A stretch of DNA of 64,000 bases, taken from assembly GCA_951406725.2 (NCBI GenBank), contig OX597821.1, positions 64,294,001 through 64,358,000 of the forward strand. The letters are read 5' to 3'. The notes under the pieces are model-generated. The model searched no databases and was not told where the DNA came from. It saw only the letters and a program-made list of their open reading frames with translations. Within the stretch, counting starts at the first letter, position 1. Each line of letters opens with the position of its first letter. The stretch comes from Octopus vulgaris. Lineage: Eukaryota. The position numbers and the translations under genes are program-made. Below are positions 40,083-52,738 of the stretch, piece after piece.

Positions 40083-40198
40083 TGTAGTGGTAAGTAGCTT
40101 GCTTACCAACCACAAGTGTCTTCTACTATAGCCTCGGGCCGACCAAAGCCTTGTGAGTGGATTTGGTAGACGGAAACTGAAAACCCGTCGTATAAATG

Positions 40199-40291
<93 letters not shown>

Positions 40292-40500
40292 TTGTGTATA
40301 TGTTTGTGTATCTCTGTTTTTCCCTCCTAACATCGCTTGACAACCGATGCTGGTGTGTTTATGTCCCCGTAACTTAGCGGTTCGACAAAAGGACCGATAG
40401 AATAAGTACTAGGCTTACAAAGAATAATTTGCTCGACTAAAGGCGGTGCTCCAGCATAGCCACAGTCAAATGACTGAAACAAGTAAAAGAGTAAAAGAGT
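40083..40500 (+). mobile_element. SINE family B with deletion in the head
   Basis: gtggtaagtagcttgcttaccaaccac|aagtgtcttctactatagcc...ggcggtgctccagcatagccacagtcaaatgactgaaacaagtaaaagagtaaaagag. Confidence 0.9.
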
Positions 40501-41311
40501 TATGTAAGCTGACAACTTTGATTAGAAGGAACTTTGGCTACTGTTTTTACGAAGTTGAACAAAAATTCACTCACTCATTGACTCCTACCTTTTCAGTTTC
40601 TGCTAGGAAAGTGCAACTTGAAGTTCTTCGCTCTGTCTGCAATTTGAATAATACGCCTGTCTGTCAGCCCTGAGTTATTTCTTTCCTCCTACCCCCGCTT
40701 CTGTTTCACTAACCATTCCATGCATTATTCATTTAGGAGCTTATTTTGCCATCTTAGCATGGCATTATCTAGTCCTATTTTAATAAAGTTTTATAGTGTT
40801 CACATATATTTTAAGAATTTTTCTCCTTACAGCTGCCTCTTATTTCAGACTCTGTTCTATAATTGATGATCTTCTTGAAGACGGAAAATAACTTGTTTTC
40901 TTTTGCTCTGCTCATTGTTGTGTAGTTTATTTGTATCTGTTACAATTTATTTATTTTTTTTACCAGTTGTTTTTACATTCCTATCATAGATATTGTATAA
41001 TAATTTTCATGATAAACAATATTTATGCGCCAGCTGTTTGGTGATATTTTCTAATTGCTGTCATTATTTTCCTGCTTTTCCTATCTAGTCTCGCTAATTC
41101 CTTTAACTCCTAGTTGAAAATAATATAATTGTAATTTATTAGTGGAACAGCCAAGGAAAAATATTAATATTCATTAACTTTATTTTTGCATTTAACTCAG
41201 TTTAAATATCCATCTTAATGCACCAATGAAGTTCTTTCTTGACCTTTTTATTTCATATTTGTATATTTTATGCATTGTTTAGCTCAATAATTCTTAATTA
41301 TTTGTAAGTCT

Positions 41312-41545
41312 AAGGCAAACAGCTGGCAGAATCGTTAGCACGCCGGGCAAAATGCTTAGCAGCATTTCGTCCGTGTTTACAATCTGAGTTCAAATATCAC
41401 TGAGGTCAGTTTTGTCTTTCATCCTTTTGGGGCCGATAAAACAACTAACAGTGAGCACTGGTAGCGGGATGGATGGGGTGGGAGCGATGTAATCGACTTG
41501 CCCTTCTCCTGAAATGTCTGGCCTCGTACCAAAATTTGAAACCAA
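41312..41545 (+). mobile_element. SINE family A, decayed
   Basis: aaggcaaacagctggcagaatcgttagcacgccgggcaaaatgcttagc...tttcatccttttggggccgataaa. Confidence 0.85.
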
Positions 41546-41569
41546 TTATATATTCCTGTATTTCGATTA

Positions 41570-41760
41570 GCGAAAGCGTGTGGTTTATTGGTTAGAAGTG
41601 TTGCAATCACGATCCCAAGATCATGATTTCGGTTCCTGGGCCGTGGGTTATGTTGTGTCCCTGATGAAAACACTTCATTTTATGTTGCTCCTGTCCACTC
41701 AGATGTAAAGCAGTACCACTGCGAAGGACTGGCGTTCCACTCTGGATAGATGATGTAAAC
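41570..41760 (+). mobile_element. SINE family C-like head plus CORE-like body, decayed
   Basis: tggtttattggttagaagtgttgcaatcacgatc...atttcggttcctgggccg...gttgtgtccctgatgaaaacacttcatt...tccactcagatgtaaa. Confidence 0.65.
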
Positions 41761-41848
41761 TCAGTCACTTATAACCATGTCTTGGAACATTTGGTGGCAC
41801 TTTGCATTAATTTTACTACTGTATTAAGTTTTATTATTCCTTGCTTGA

Positions 41849-42428
41849 AAGGCGGCGAGCTGGCAGAATCGTTAACACGCCGGGCGAAATGCTTTGGCAG
41901 TATTTCATCTGCCGCTACGTTCTGAGTTCTAATTCCGCCGACGTCGACTTTGCCTTTCATCCATTCGGGGTTGATTAAATAAGTACCAGTTACGCACTGG
42001 AGTCGATATAATCGACTTAATCCTTTTGTCTGTCCTTATTTGTCCCCTCTGTGTGTAGTTCCTTGTGGGCAGTAAAGAAATATGTATTTCGTCTGCCGCT
42101 ACGTTCTGCGTTCAAATTCCGCCGAGGTCAACTTTGCCTTTCATCCTTTCGGGGTTGATTAAATAAGTACCAGTTACGCACTGGAGTCGATGTAATCGAC
42201 TTAATACGTTTGCCTGTCCTTGTTTGTTCTCTCTGTGTTTAGTCCATTGTGGGTAGTAAAGAAATAGGCATTTCGTCTGTCGCTTCGTTCTGAGTTCAAA
42301 TTCCTCCGAGGGTCTCTTTGCCTCTCAGTTTTTTGAGGTCGATGAAATAGGTACCAGTTACGCACTGGGGTCGATGTAATCGCCCCTCGCACATTTTCAC
42401 GGTCTTGTGCCTAGAGCAGATATAATTA
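41849..42428 (+). mobile_element. SINE family A, one head plus three ~184-bp modules
   Basis: tatttc(g/a)tctg(c/t)cgct modules start at about 41901, 42086 and 42269, each with a B box. Confidence 0.92.
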
Positions 42429-42999
42429 TTCCTTGATTGGAATCTAAGATTGTTTTTGTTTTGTCACAATCAGTGGTAAATCTTCAACTGTTTTACACGT
42501 AAATATAACCTATAATAACATTGTACTTAAGTTACTAACATTTCTTTCTAAAATAGACGGAAGGTCAGAAATTTAGAGGTGAGGGGCTTAGTTCGTTAAA
42601 TTGGCTCCAGTTCTTGACTAGTTATTTTATCGATCCCATACGAAAAAAAAGGAACTAAAGTTGATGTTAGCAGGAATTGAACTCACAAATGAGACGAGCA
42701 GGAGGAAATACGCTAATGCACTTCTTTTTTGTTTTCTTTGATGTTCCAAGGATTCTCCCAAACTAGTGCCTTTCTAATCTTTTTAGTAATGGCTTTATAT
42801 CCATAGGAACGAAGTTGCATATTTTGGGAGAGGAGAGTAATTATCGATTAAATCAACCTTGAAAAATGAACGTTACTTATATTATCGATATTCCTGTAGG
42901 ATCAAAGGCAAAAAATCGTTTTCTAACTCAGAACGTATATCAACAAATTCTACATTGAAATTTAGCTTAAGTAGACGGCTTCAAATTTTGCTGAAGATA

Positions 43000-43223
43000 T
43001 ATGAGGGACTGCCGAAAAATTCCTGTCTTTGGGTAAAAGAAAATACAAGAGAATCAGTTAGTTATAATTTTTTTTCAACGTATTCCCATCAGATTCACAC
43101 ACTTATTACAGCAGTCCTTCAGTTTTTCTAAGCCCTGCAGAAAAAAAAACTCGGGAGGTTGGGCCTCTAAGTATGACTTTCGCGATACCCTTAAAGACAG
43201 GAACTTCTCAGCATCCCAATGTA
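43000..43223 (+). mobile_element. Mariner-like MITE, uninterrupted copy
   Basis: Decayed TIRs tatgagggactgccgaaaaattcctg / caggaacttctcagcatcccaatgta with TA ends; second copy at 26178-26762. Confidence 0.72.
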
Positions 43224-44109
43224 ATCGATTATATCGGCGAAATTAGAACTCAAAACGCCGAAACGGACGAAATGCCTCTAAGCGTTTTCCTCGGTGTGCT
43301 AACGATTCTGCCAGCTCACCGCCCTCATAGCATACACTATATTTCATGTACTGCATGGCATTTCCTAATTTTCGAAAACTCCGCATTTCTGAGAGCCGGA
43401 CATGTGGTCCGGTACTGTATTCAGTTATAATTTCTACTCTCCAACTTTTACAACGATTTAACCATTTCATTTCTCATGTTTATTTTCAAGCCAAAAACCA
43501 ACAGACTTTGTATTCGTCACAATCATCTGCAAATTGATAGGTTTACACTAATTTAAGATTGCTTGATTGATAAGAATGGTGATTTGTTTTTATTTTTACG
43601 TAAATTAAGTTTTAAATTTCATTATATTCTATGGTAGGAAGTTAGCATCTTTAAGATACGATGCTGAAGATAAGAAACTTTACATTTGTCTAATATCTCC
43701 TGAGATCGCTTCGATAGAGAAGTTAACTTCTGATAAGCTTGTATCAGCATAGAGAGGAAGACAGGTTTCTTCTTGTCTTGACAGTTTGCCAATCAATAAT
43801 TTCGGAGAAATTTATTCACCAGAAATGAACCTGCTTATTTAACAATACTACATAGACAAACATATTTCATAGTAAGAAAGATTTCACCTACAAATACTTA
43901 ACATAGGCTATATCCTCCTCCTCCTCCCCATCATCATCATTGGTGTTGTCGTTGTCGCTCCTCCTCCTCTTCTTTCTCCTTGTCGTCATTGTCGTCCTAT
44001 TCCTCTTTCTCCTTGTCGTCGTCGTCTTACTCCTTTCTCTCCTTGTCGTTGTCGTCGTCGTCATCGTCATCCTTCTCCACCTCCTCCTCCTCCTCGTTAT
44101 CATTATATC

Positions 44110-44279
44110 CTTTCCCCTAAAGGCCACAAGGCCTGAAATTTGGTATTTAATTCTTCGACCCCGAAAGGATGAAAGGTAAAGTCGACCCCGGGGGCATTTG
44201 AACTCAGAACGTGAAGACAGACGAAATACCACTAAGCATTTCGCCCAGCGTGCTAATGATTCTGCCAGCTCGCCGCCTT
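44110..44279 (-). mobile_element. SINE family A
   Basis: tcgaccccgaaaggatgaaaggtaaagtcgacc...gattctgccagctcgccgcctt. Confidence 0.9.
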
Positions 44280-44364
44280 CCTCATTATTATTGTATCATC
44301 GTCGTCGTCCTACTCTTCTTGCTCCGTCTTTTCCTCTTCCTCATCATTGTCATCAAGCATCATT

Positions 44365-44945
44365 GGCAGTGTGGTCAAGAAACTCTCTTTGAAACCCCGT
44401 GGTTTCAGGTTCAGTCCCGCCATGCAGCACCTTCGTCAAGTGCCCTACTACAACCCCTAGGCGATCAGGCCAATGCTTTGTGAGTGAATTTGGTTGACAG
44501 AAACTGTGTAGTGGCCTGCCGCAAACATACATACATACATACATACATACATACATACATACATACATACATACATACATACATACACACGTACATACAC
44601 ACACACACACACACAGAATGTCCTTCCGTGGTGTACGACAACGAGGTGTCTAGTTGAACCGCTCAACGAAACAGTGTGTATAACTGTTTGTGTGCGTGTG
44701 TCATCGCGCATGCGTTGGTGTTTGTCTCTCCACTATCGCCTGAAGAAAGGTGTTGGTTTGTTTATATCCCCGTAACTAGACGGTTCGGCGAAAGGTGTGA
44801 GTATAAGTAACAAACAAAAAAAAAAGAATCGAAACAAAAGCAAAAGCAAAACATAAGTACTTATGTAGATTTATTCCACAAAATCCTACAAGGAATGGTA
44901 CAGCATGACCGCAGACCCATAACTGAAACAACTAAAAGATGAAAA
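44365..44945 (+). mobile_element. SINE family B, old copy with internal (CATA)n
   Basis: ggcagtgtggtcaag...ggttcagtcccg...gtgagtgaatttggttgacagaaactg...cagcatgaccgcag...actgaaacaac. Confidence 0.75.
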
Positions 44946-45752
44946 AAAATGTTGAATGTTGAGTTGCTATGAGGAATGAAGAATGTGCGGATTTTCTTCA
45001 TTTCGTCACTCTCAAAACACATTCCATTAGATTTCCTCTCTTCGCGGTAATTAAAATTCGCCAAGCTTTCTACTGACTAAAGGTTGCTAAGCCAGTTTCT
45101 CACCTGTTTCTGCCGATTTTAGGTGTTACCCTACTTTAAAATGTCGTATACAGATTGTCCAGTAACAGAGCAGAATATTCTACACTTTGAATATTCTAAG
45201 ATCGGTGTTCGCTTATAGATCTGAAAAATTACTACTGCCGGTTATCCGTCGATCAACGATGAAGATTCTATAGTTCAATGAACTGAATTATCTGCTCCTG
45301 AATTAAATTCTAAATAGCTGTGTATTCCACAGGCATACGTGCTCTTAATGCAAAATCAGCTTCCTATAGGTGCTTGACAAGTATGTGCCAAGTTTTAACT
45401 TTCACAGACAATCTACGTAACGGATTTCTATACAGTTTCTATTTAATCGTTTGAATAAGGCTCAAGTCTATAGAAGATAGTCAAAGCCAGGACCCCATGG
45501 TGGTGAACATTACAGTAGAGATGTTATTGTTTCACTTTTGACACGTAATACTGAAATAGCATAAGAGATAAAAGATTGCTCCGGGCTCGCATTAGACACG
45601 AAGTTGAAAACTTTTTGGCCCATGTCACTGCATGGACCCTAAGTAAGGCATGTGTAAAATTTGAATGAAATCGGTTTCGTACTTCGCGCATTTTAATAAT
45701 GCAGATATACAGACAGACATAAGACATTCTCAGTTTTATATATATGTGCATG

Positions 45753-45830
<78 letters not shown>

Positions 45831-45843
45831 CATATATATATGT

Positions 45844-46827
45844 ATGGGACCACTACTGTTCATAATGGCCCTCTCAGACATGCCCTCAGCCACGCAGAGA
45901 GCCACGATCACAAGTTATGCAGATGATACAAAAGTTTCACAGGCAATACAGAACCCTGAGGACACTAAACACCTGCAATGTGAGCTGGACAAAATATACA
46001 AGTGGGCCGAAAAGAATAGCATGCAGTTCAATGCTGAAAAGTTTCAAGCTCTATACTATCAGCATGCAAAACTAAATGCAATACCCAATGAATACACTGG
46101 ACCCAGAGGAATAGCAATCCCAGAGGCACAATCAGTGCGTGACCTAGGTATTTACATGAGTGATGACGCGACCTTTCGTGTACATGTTGCTAAATTGGCA
46201 ATGAAATGTAGACGACTGGCCGGATGGATCCTCAGAACCTTTAGAACAAGAGAACAAGAAACCATGATGGTCCTCTGGAGGACACTTGTCCTAAGCCACT
46301 TTGACTACTGCTCTCAGTTATGGTCACCATCCAGTGTCAAGTTGATCACAGAGCTCGAGGCGATCCAACGTAGCTACACGAAGAAGATAGCCTCTATGCA
46401 GAATGTAAGCTACTGGGAAAGACTCAAAAGATTAAAACTATATTCCCTGGAGCGTAGGCGGGAAAGATATGCCATAATATACATCTGGAAGATCCTGGAG
46501 GGAGGTGTCCTGAACTTTGGCATCGAGAGTTACGCAAATGCCAGAACTGGGCGCCACTGCGTGGTGCCTAGGACTCCAAACTTGCCATCAAGATGTAGGA
46601 CAAGATTCTGTGATAGCCTGGGCTTCCGAGGCCCACAGCTCTTCAATATCCTCCCGAAGAACCTGAGAGACCTGCATGGGGTGGATGCAGATGTCTTTAA
46701 AATGAAGCTGGATCTCTTCCTGTCAGGTGTCCCAGATGAACCAACTTCACGGCAGGAGGGGCAGATGAGGGCAGCTGCATCGAACTCTCTCATGCACCAA
46801 ATGGCAGTTGTTAGAAAGCTTTCGTGA
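45844..46827 (+). CDS. 5'-truncated CR1-group LINE ORF2 (RT C-terminal half and C-terminal domain); open frame but not a translatable gene
   Basis: GPLLF, YADDTK, W...NSMQFNAEKF, VRDLGI, HFDYCSQLWSP, LEAIQR, YWERLKRLKLYSLERRRER motifs; 327 codons without a stop. The ATG is formed at the junction with (TA)n. Confidence 0.93.
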   Translation: MGPLLFIMALSDMPSATQRATITSYADDTKVSQAIQNPEDTKHLQCELDKIYKWAEKNSMQFNAEKFQALYYQHAKLNAIPNEYTGPRGIAIPEAQSVRDLGIYMSDDATFRVHVAKLAMKCRRLAGWILRTFRTREQETMMVLWRTLVLSHFDYCSQLWSPSSVKLITELEAIQRSYTKKIASMQNVSYWERLKRLKLYSLERRRERYAIIYIWKILEGGVLNFGIESYANARTGRHCVVPRTPNLPSRCRTRFCDSLGFRGPQLFNILPKNLRDLHGVDADVFKMKLDLFLSGVPDEPTSRQEGQMRAAASNSLMHQMAVVRKLS

Positions 46828-46924
46828 AGTGAAACCAAGTAGCAACACCAAATGGCGGTGCCCCAGCATGGCCACAGCTCATAAGCTGAAACTAGAATCA
46901 ATCAATCAATCAATCAATCAATCA
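45844..46924 (+). mobile_element. CR1-group LINE insertion including 3' UTR and (AATC)n tail
   Basis: ORF followed by a short UTR with stem-loop cagct-cata-agctg and (aatc)n; flanked by TA/TG microsatellite. Confidence 0.9.
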
Positions 46925-46930
46925 TATATA

Positions 46931-46964
<34 letters not shown>

Positions 46965-46980
46965 TGTGTGTGTGTGCATG

Positions 46981-47182
46981 CAGTAATCCCACGCCATATC
47001 GCGGTTCACCTGTCGCGCACTCAATACATAGCATATTTTTTCCAGCTAATATATGTAAATTTATATCGTATATTCCTCAGTATATCACGGGTTTCTGCAG
47101 CCGACAGGTATTTATATTTTTTCTTATTTCAATTATTTCCGTGGGAGGTTTTAGGACGTAATACACGCGATATTCGAGGAAT

Positions 47183-47187
<5 letters not shown>
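46981..47187. mobile_element. Tigger/pogo-like MITE
   Basis: Ends cagtaatcccacgccatatcgcg / cgcgatattcgaggaattacta form imperfect TIRs of the CAGT-type. Confidence 0.65.
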
Positions 47188-47225
<38 letters not shown>

Positions 47226-48339
47226 CACGTGAGTGTGTGTGAGAGAGAGAGACCATGTTCTCTATTTGAATACGGAGAACATGGTCATAGCTTCATAGCT
47301 AGAAATACTTTTGGTTATACAAAGTCGAAGACAAAACTAATAATGATTAAGTAAGTCTGTTATCATACTATATGTATATCCTATATACATAATAGTAACT
47401 ACTAACTACTAAGCAGACCACATTCTGGCCCTAAATATACGTCATTAATTTTGCTAAAAATATAGCTAAAACATTGAGTATGAAAACACACTTGAGAAAG
47501 TTGATAACAAGGAAACATTAAGTTTATACTTATAATTCTATCTACTGATTTATTTAAACTTGTTTTTATTAATTGATACATAATATGTTTCAAGTTAACG
47601 TGGGAACCGTTGCACTAAACCTCTTCGAAATCACGTTATACCGTCTCAAAGACGGAAGGACACAACTAACGCAGTTGTAGATACACGAGAAAAATACACC
47701 AAAAAATAAAAAGATAAACTTGTCATTGCAGTGACAACTAGTTTTACCTTTTCCTTTCTCCCCGCTGCGCCGTTCTCAAGAAATTCCTGTCATTGGCTTG
47801 TTGTTTTTCAAGAATAATGTCAACTTTCTAGGTGTCGCCATCCTAGGTGTCGCTATCCTCCGGGATTCCAACGAAATCCAAGGTTATAGCATAGTTAATT
47901 ACTACTGACGAAGTCATAGCCATTTATAAGGAAGTTTAGAACATTTGCTATAATATTTAGATGCACTATTTTGCGGAGAAGAAGGAAAAAAAAATACTTG
48001 CCACAATCAGGATGCGAGACATATTTCGTTCGAAAGGAAATACACGAAGGATAAAGGAAATCGTATGTACAGATTGTATTCCAAGATAATATCTCTTTTG
48101 ATTACAGGTCTTTTCAATCACTGCTGGCTTGGAGCTAAAAACTAATAGCTAACACATACAAGTTTCTTGTAACCTAATAGTAGTCAGTTCTACTGACGAA
48201 GATAGACATGAAAAATCTCCTCACTTAAAACTCAGTACTTACATAATATTAAACAAGCATTTAACAATGGAATATTTAAATGGTTGCTCGATCTATTAGA
48301 ATTAGCAGTTAACACTCCCCTCAAATCATTCTTTTTGTT

Positions 48340-48640
48340 TGTTCTTTGCGGACTCCCCTGTCGCTGAGGGTTCCGAAATACCTTGCTGAGCACTACATAA
48401 ATGATTTTTTGTTATAGTAATCAAATGCATGTGCTATTTATTAGCTCACTTCCTCTACCAGATGGACATTGACTGTACAGGTGCATCGTGTGCCACACGT
48501 AAGATGTTGAAGTGAACGTTGAGCAATGTGTGATGAAGTGTTTTGCTTAAGAATACAATTCATCGCTGGGTGCTAGAATCGAAACGACGATCTCATAATC
48601 GTGAGTGCAACATCCTAACCACTCGGCCACGCTCCTTTAA
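48340..48640 (-). mobile_element. SINE family C-like, decayed, inserted into a family D repeat
   Basis: gaagtgttttgcttaagaatacaa...gaatcgaaacgacgatctcataatcgtgagtgcaacatcctaaccactcggccacgc. Confidence 0.7.
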
Positions 48641-50298
48641 ATAATGCCTTCCACGTTTGAAAAAGATGGAGTGCATTGTGTAATGTAACCATAGATTACA
48701 CTTACCTCATAACTGAAAAAGGATGGTCCTGTTTGGAGGCCATTGATAGTTGGTCTGTTCGATGGAGATCTACCTGTTGTATGCCTCCAATCACTTCCAG
48801 TATTACAACAATATTAACGTTTCATTAAAATATTGTTCTTTTTCTGTTGTTGTTGCAAAGTTCCGTGTACTGGCGGTGGTTTCAGAAATAGTCTTTATAA
48901 ATTTGATAAGAATAGATTAAAGTATGAACGATCGATTTCTTTATGCAGACATGCAGGACTATTTTTCATGATTGTATCATTGTGTATCCTTTATACACTC
49001 CACTCACACATTTAAGAGTCCACTCCACCACCTTATACAACTATAAAGTTAAAAAGGAGTAAATGTTTTTCCTATTTCATTATCTCATAGTTCGAAATAT
49101 AATTTGATATTTTGCTTTTTATCAAAATAAACTTATAGCCTTCAGAAAGACCTTTGGCTTTTAGATAACTATTTAGCTATGTTTTTTTCCCACTACCGAT
49201 GCTATATCGATCTGTTAACTGGCTCCTAAATTCTAGATTTGCTATCTGTACAACGCATGACTGATTCAGTTTAATACTGGAAGAGAAACAACGCAATGTA
49301 ACTTCTTTCAACTAAATCTAAATTGAATGCAGTTCAACAATTCCAGGAGCCTAAGCATCAAATATCAGATCCATATTCTAAATTAGTAAACATTTAGGAT
49401 ATGAAAATTTGGCCATGATATTATTAATATATTGCATTTTCAAAAACAAAAAAAAAATAGAAAAGAAACTATAATAACATTAATATTTTATTTGAACTAA
49501 ATTCAGAATTATCTGAATTTCAGACGATGTTAAAAAAAAAAAGATTAATCTCTGTATTAAATTGATTTTTCTTTTATGTTATGCTATCAAATTACATTTC
49601 GAGAGGTGGTGTACATGGTGCAGAATATGGAGATATAGTCCAGGCGCTTTACAAAATATCGTGTTTCATAATACTTGTTTCTGAGCTCAAAAACCAATGG
49701 CAACTAACTTTGGTATTTCGAACAGTATCAATTAAATAAGTGTTTTTTTTATCTCTTTTATTGCGTTACTTGAGAAGAAGCGATTGTGTCTATGATATTG
49801 GCAGACTGGTCAGAATAGTGTAGATTATTTTAGCTAAGACAACCACAAGTCGACTGTGGATTCGGAAACCCAGTATTTGAAGTTTTGTGAAGAGTGGGAA
49901 GGCTGCAGAAAGAGAGAGGGAAAAAGAGAGAAATAGACACACAGGGAGAGGTACGTTGATGAGAAGAAAGTAAACAAGTATGATGGTGATTGATTGCTAG
50001 ATTCGTTATTATTAATTGGATGGAGTGGTGTGCAGCTTTCCTAATTTGAGTAGGAGAGGTTGTAGCTATTAAAGACATTTACTAAACATTGAAGTATTAT
50101 TGGTGAATGACTCCCTTGACAACCGATTGGATACATATTCCACCCTACTCGTTAATAAAGAATATTTAAATTCTGTTAAAACATTAATGAGTTTGAAAAG
50201 CATTGTCAAAAGCAGATACGTGATTTCCAGTACAACTTCACCAGACTTCATTGCATAATGTCACTTACATATACACTAGTAGACTTGGTTAACTTTAA

Positions 50299-50815
50299 TC
50301 TATCTATATTGATAAAAGCGAAACTCTGTCCGTCTGGGACCCCTGTATCTTAGTCTACATTTGCTCTACATAGACATATTATACTTTTTGGAATTAAGAT
50401 GATTCCGGGATCGAAAATCTGCCCTGCATTTGGTTCTTGAACCTCCAGAATTGGGATCTGATTTAAAAGCATTTGGGTTGTTATTTCTAGCAGGTAAAGC
50501 TTGGCTGATTCACGCCACCCTGGTTGACATTTGACAAAAGATGTATGAATATATGGGGGAGATAAAAGGCATTCACTTCGATAAATTTACGTCGAGATAA
50601 GAACATTGGGACATATTGGCCAACAGTTGGAATTCAAGTACAGAATTAATTCCCATCCATCCTTAACCACTGACCATATACCATCGGGGTATATAGTCAT
50701 TATAGACGTATTGCAGTCATACTATTTAGCTTTCTTTAGTTTTGAGACGCAGGCCCAATTTGCCCTCCACAGAAGCTAGCTCAAAAGTCCGCTCGGAGTG
50801 CAGCTTTCCAGCTAG
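50299..50815 (+). mobile_element. Old non-autonomous Helitron
   Basis: a|TCtatctatattgataaaagcgaaactctgtccgtctg ... ccgctcggagtgcagctttccagCTAG|t with a decayed subterminal hairpin. Confidence 0.6.
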
Positions 50816-50837
50816 TATTTAATATGATGTTATCAAA

Positions 50838-51283
50838 GATGCCAGCGAGCTAACCGAATCCTATCCTTAGCAGCCGGAGGAAAATACTTAGTGGCATTTC
50901 ATCCGTCTTTACGTTCCGTGTACAAATTCCGTCGAGAGTGACTTTACTTTCATCCTTTAGGGTTCTATAAAAGAGTAACAGTTGAATGCTGGGGTCGATA
51001 TAATCGACTTACGTCTTCTTCAATATTGATGTCCTTGTGCCATAATTAGAAACCAATATGATGTTATTAATTGGCATTGGGTTAGGTAGCGAGCTGGTGC
51101 AATCGTCCGCACTTCGGACAAAACGCTTGGCAGCATACATCTGATTTATTAGATTTTCAGTTCGAAACCAATATAACGATGAAAGAAAAAAAAAGCCGAC
51201 TGCGGTGGAATTTGAACTCAGAACGTAAGGACGGACGAAATGTTTTATTTAGCGCGCTAACAGTTCTGTCAGCTCGCCGCCTA
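50838..51283. mobile_element. Cluster of decayed SINE family A copies in both orientations
   Basis: Plus copy at about 50838-51056, head fragment at 51085-51165, minus copy at 51195-51283 ending cagctcgccgcct. Confidence 0.78.
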
Positions 51284-52371
51284 CCTTGAAACTATTACTA
51301 TCTCTGCATATGTTAGTTATTCACCACAAGCTCTATTTCTTGTGTAGTAGCTTGTATGCCTCATTAACCAGAGAGCTTTGCCAGTGGAGCGCAAAATCCT
51401 GGTAGAAACATCCATGCTGGACTGGTCAGAAGATAGAAGCCAGCATACTATAAATCACTTTTTTCTCAGTGGTAAAAACGAGTTTGTCAACAGTTCTATT
51501 TAGAAAGGAAAGCAGCAATAGAAGCATCGGTGACAATTCAAAACTAGCGAGATCTGGAAGAGAAAGGTCTTCCTTCTGGGAAACATGACAGGGTGCAGCA
51601 AAACACGGAGGTCAGAGCTGAAAAAGAAGAATCTAACGAGAGAGACGCAAAATAAATAAATAAATAAATAGATAAGTAAACAAAAAATAAGGCGACCGAG
51701 ATGTAAGGACAGTGGAAAAGGCGCCGTTGACTTCTGCTTCTTAGGGAGCGAAGGGCCCAACTGAGTAGGGAGAGAAGGACCAACTGCCAGATCTTGTCGG
51801 CAAGTTGATAAATTCTCGTTATTTTCAAACTGTCCCTGTCAATGTCAAGCTCATTAATTTTATAAAAGGGCATAATTTGTTTTATGCTAAAATATTGACA
51901 TATTCGGTAGAATATGCCGCTAGTAATATGTCTTCAAGTTTAACCCAACTGGAATGCAGTATTCTGTATAGTATTTATCGTAGCAAAGTTTATCAATTAT
52001 AATCAGATATACTCTTTGTGAAATGAACACAATAAAATGTAAACAAGTGCGAATTCTGCTAGAATTAGGAAACGATAGCTATTGAAATGTTGCCAATAGA
52101 ATCATAAGTCTTCACCATATATTGACTATAGTAAACAGTTTAATATCAGGATATCCCCGTAGTAGAAAAAATGGGTATTAGTACACATGGGGATCGAAAA
52201 TAAGAGCCATGGGTTCGATTCCCACGCATGCAATACCCCTTTATCCGTTACGTGGGTTACATGCCCTAATATTTTATATAACTAATAGACGGTCAATGAT
52301 TATAATTTTATTTACAAAATTTGAACAGCATAAATTTATAATTTACGATGTCTATGGGTTTTTAAATTCTA

Positions 52372-52738
52372 CTAGTAGTATAACCCGGCGTTACTCGGGT
52401 TTATTTTCTTTTCGACCCTTTAGAATTGGAATTTTCGAAAAGTAAAAATTTTGCATTAGGTAGTTTGTTATTCTCTTTAAGTGAACATTTTTCTGGTTGA
52501 AATACACCGAAATATGGCGACACGGCAGTCAAAAAATCGTAAAAGATAGGGATTTTCATAGTAAAAAAGCATCTTTTTGATGTAAAGAATTTTTGGTCTT
52601 AACATGGTCCGATGATACTAAGCTTTCTTCTATGATACTCTCAAATTTGGTCAACTTGCGCCGCAGGGTCTCGTAGGATATAGTGTTAGTTGAAGGCTGC
52701 CACACACACACAGACAACTTCAGCTTTATATATAAAGA
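52372..52738 (-). mobile_element. Non-autonomous Helitron
   Basis: a|ctagtagtataacccggcgttactcgggtt (3' end plus hairpin) ... cacacacacagacaacttcagctttatatataaaga (5' TC). Confidence 0.85.

Noticed and set aside
43636-43655. CTGAAGA-taa-GAAAC hammerhead-like string; similar partial hits near 23680-23710, 47905 and 48193
   Set aside because: Stem II, stem I or the cleavage triplet is missing; such strings are expected by chance.
51500-51810. Purine-rich, GC-richer stretch that might be an exon or LINE ORF1 relic
   Set aside because: Frames are interrupted by stops and a (TAAA)n tract, with no identifiable motif.
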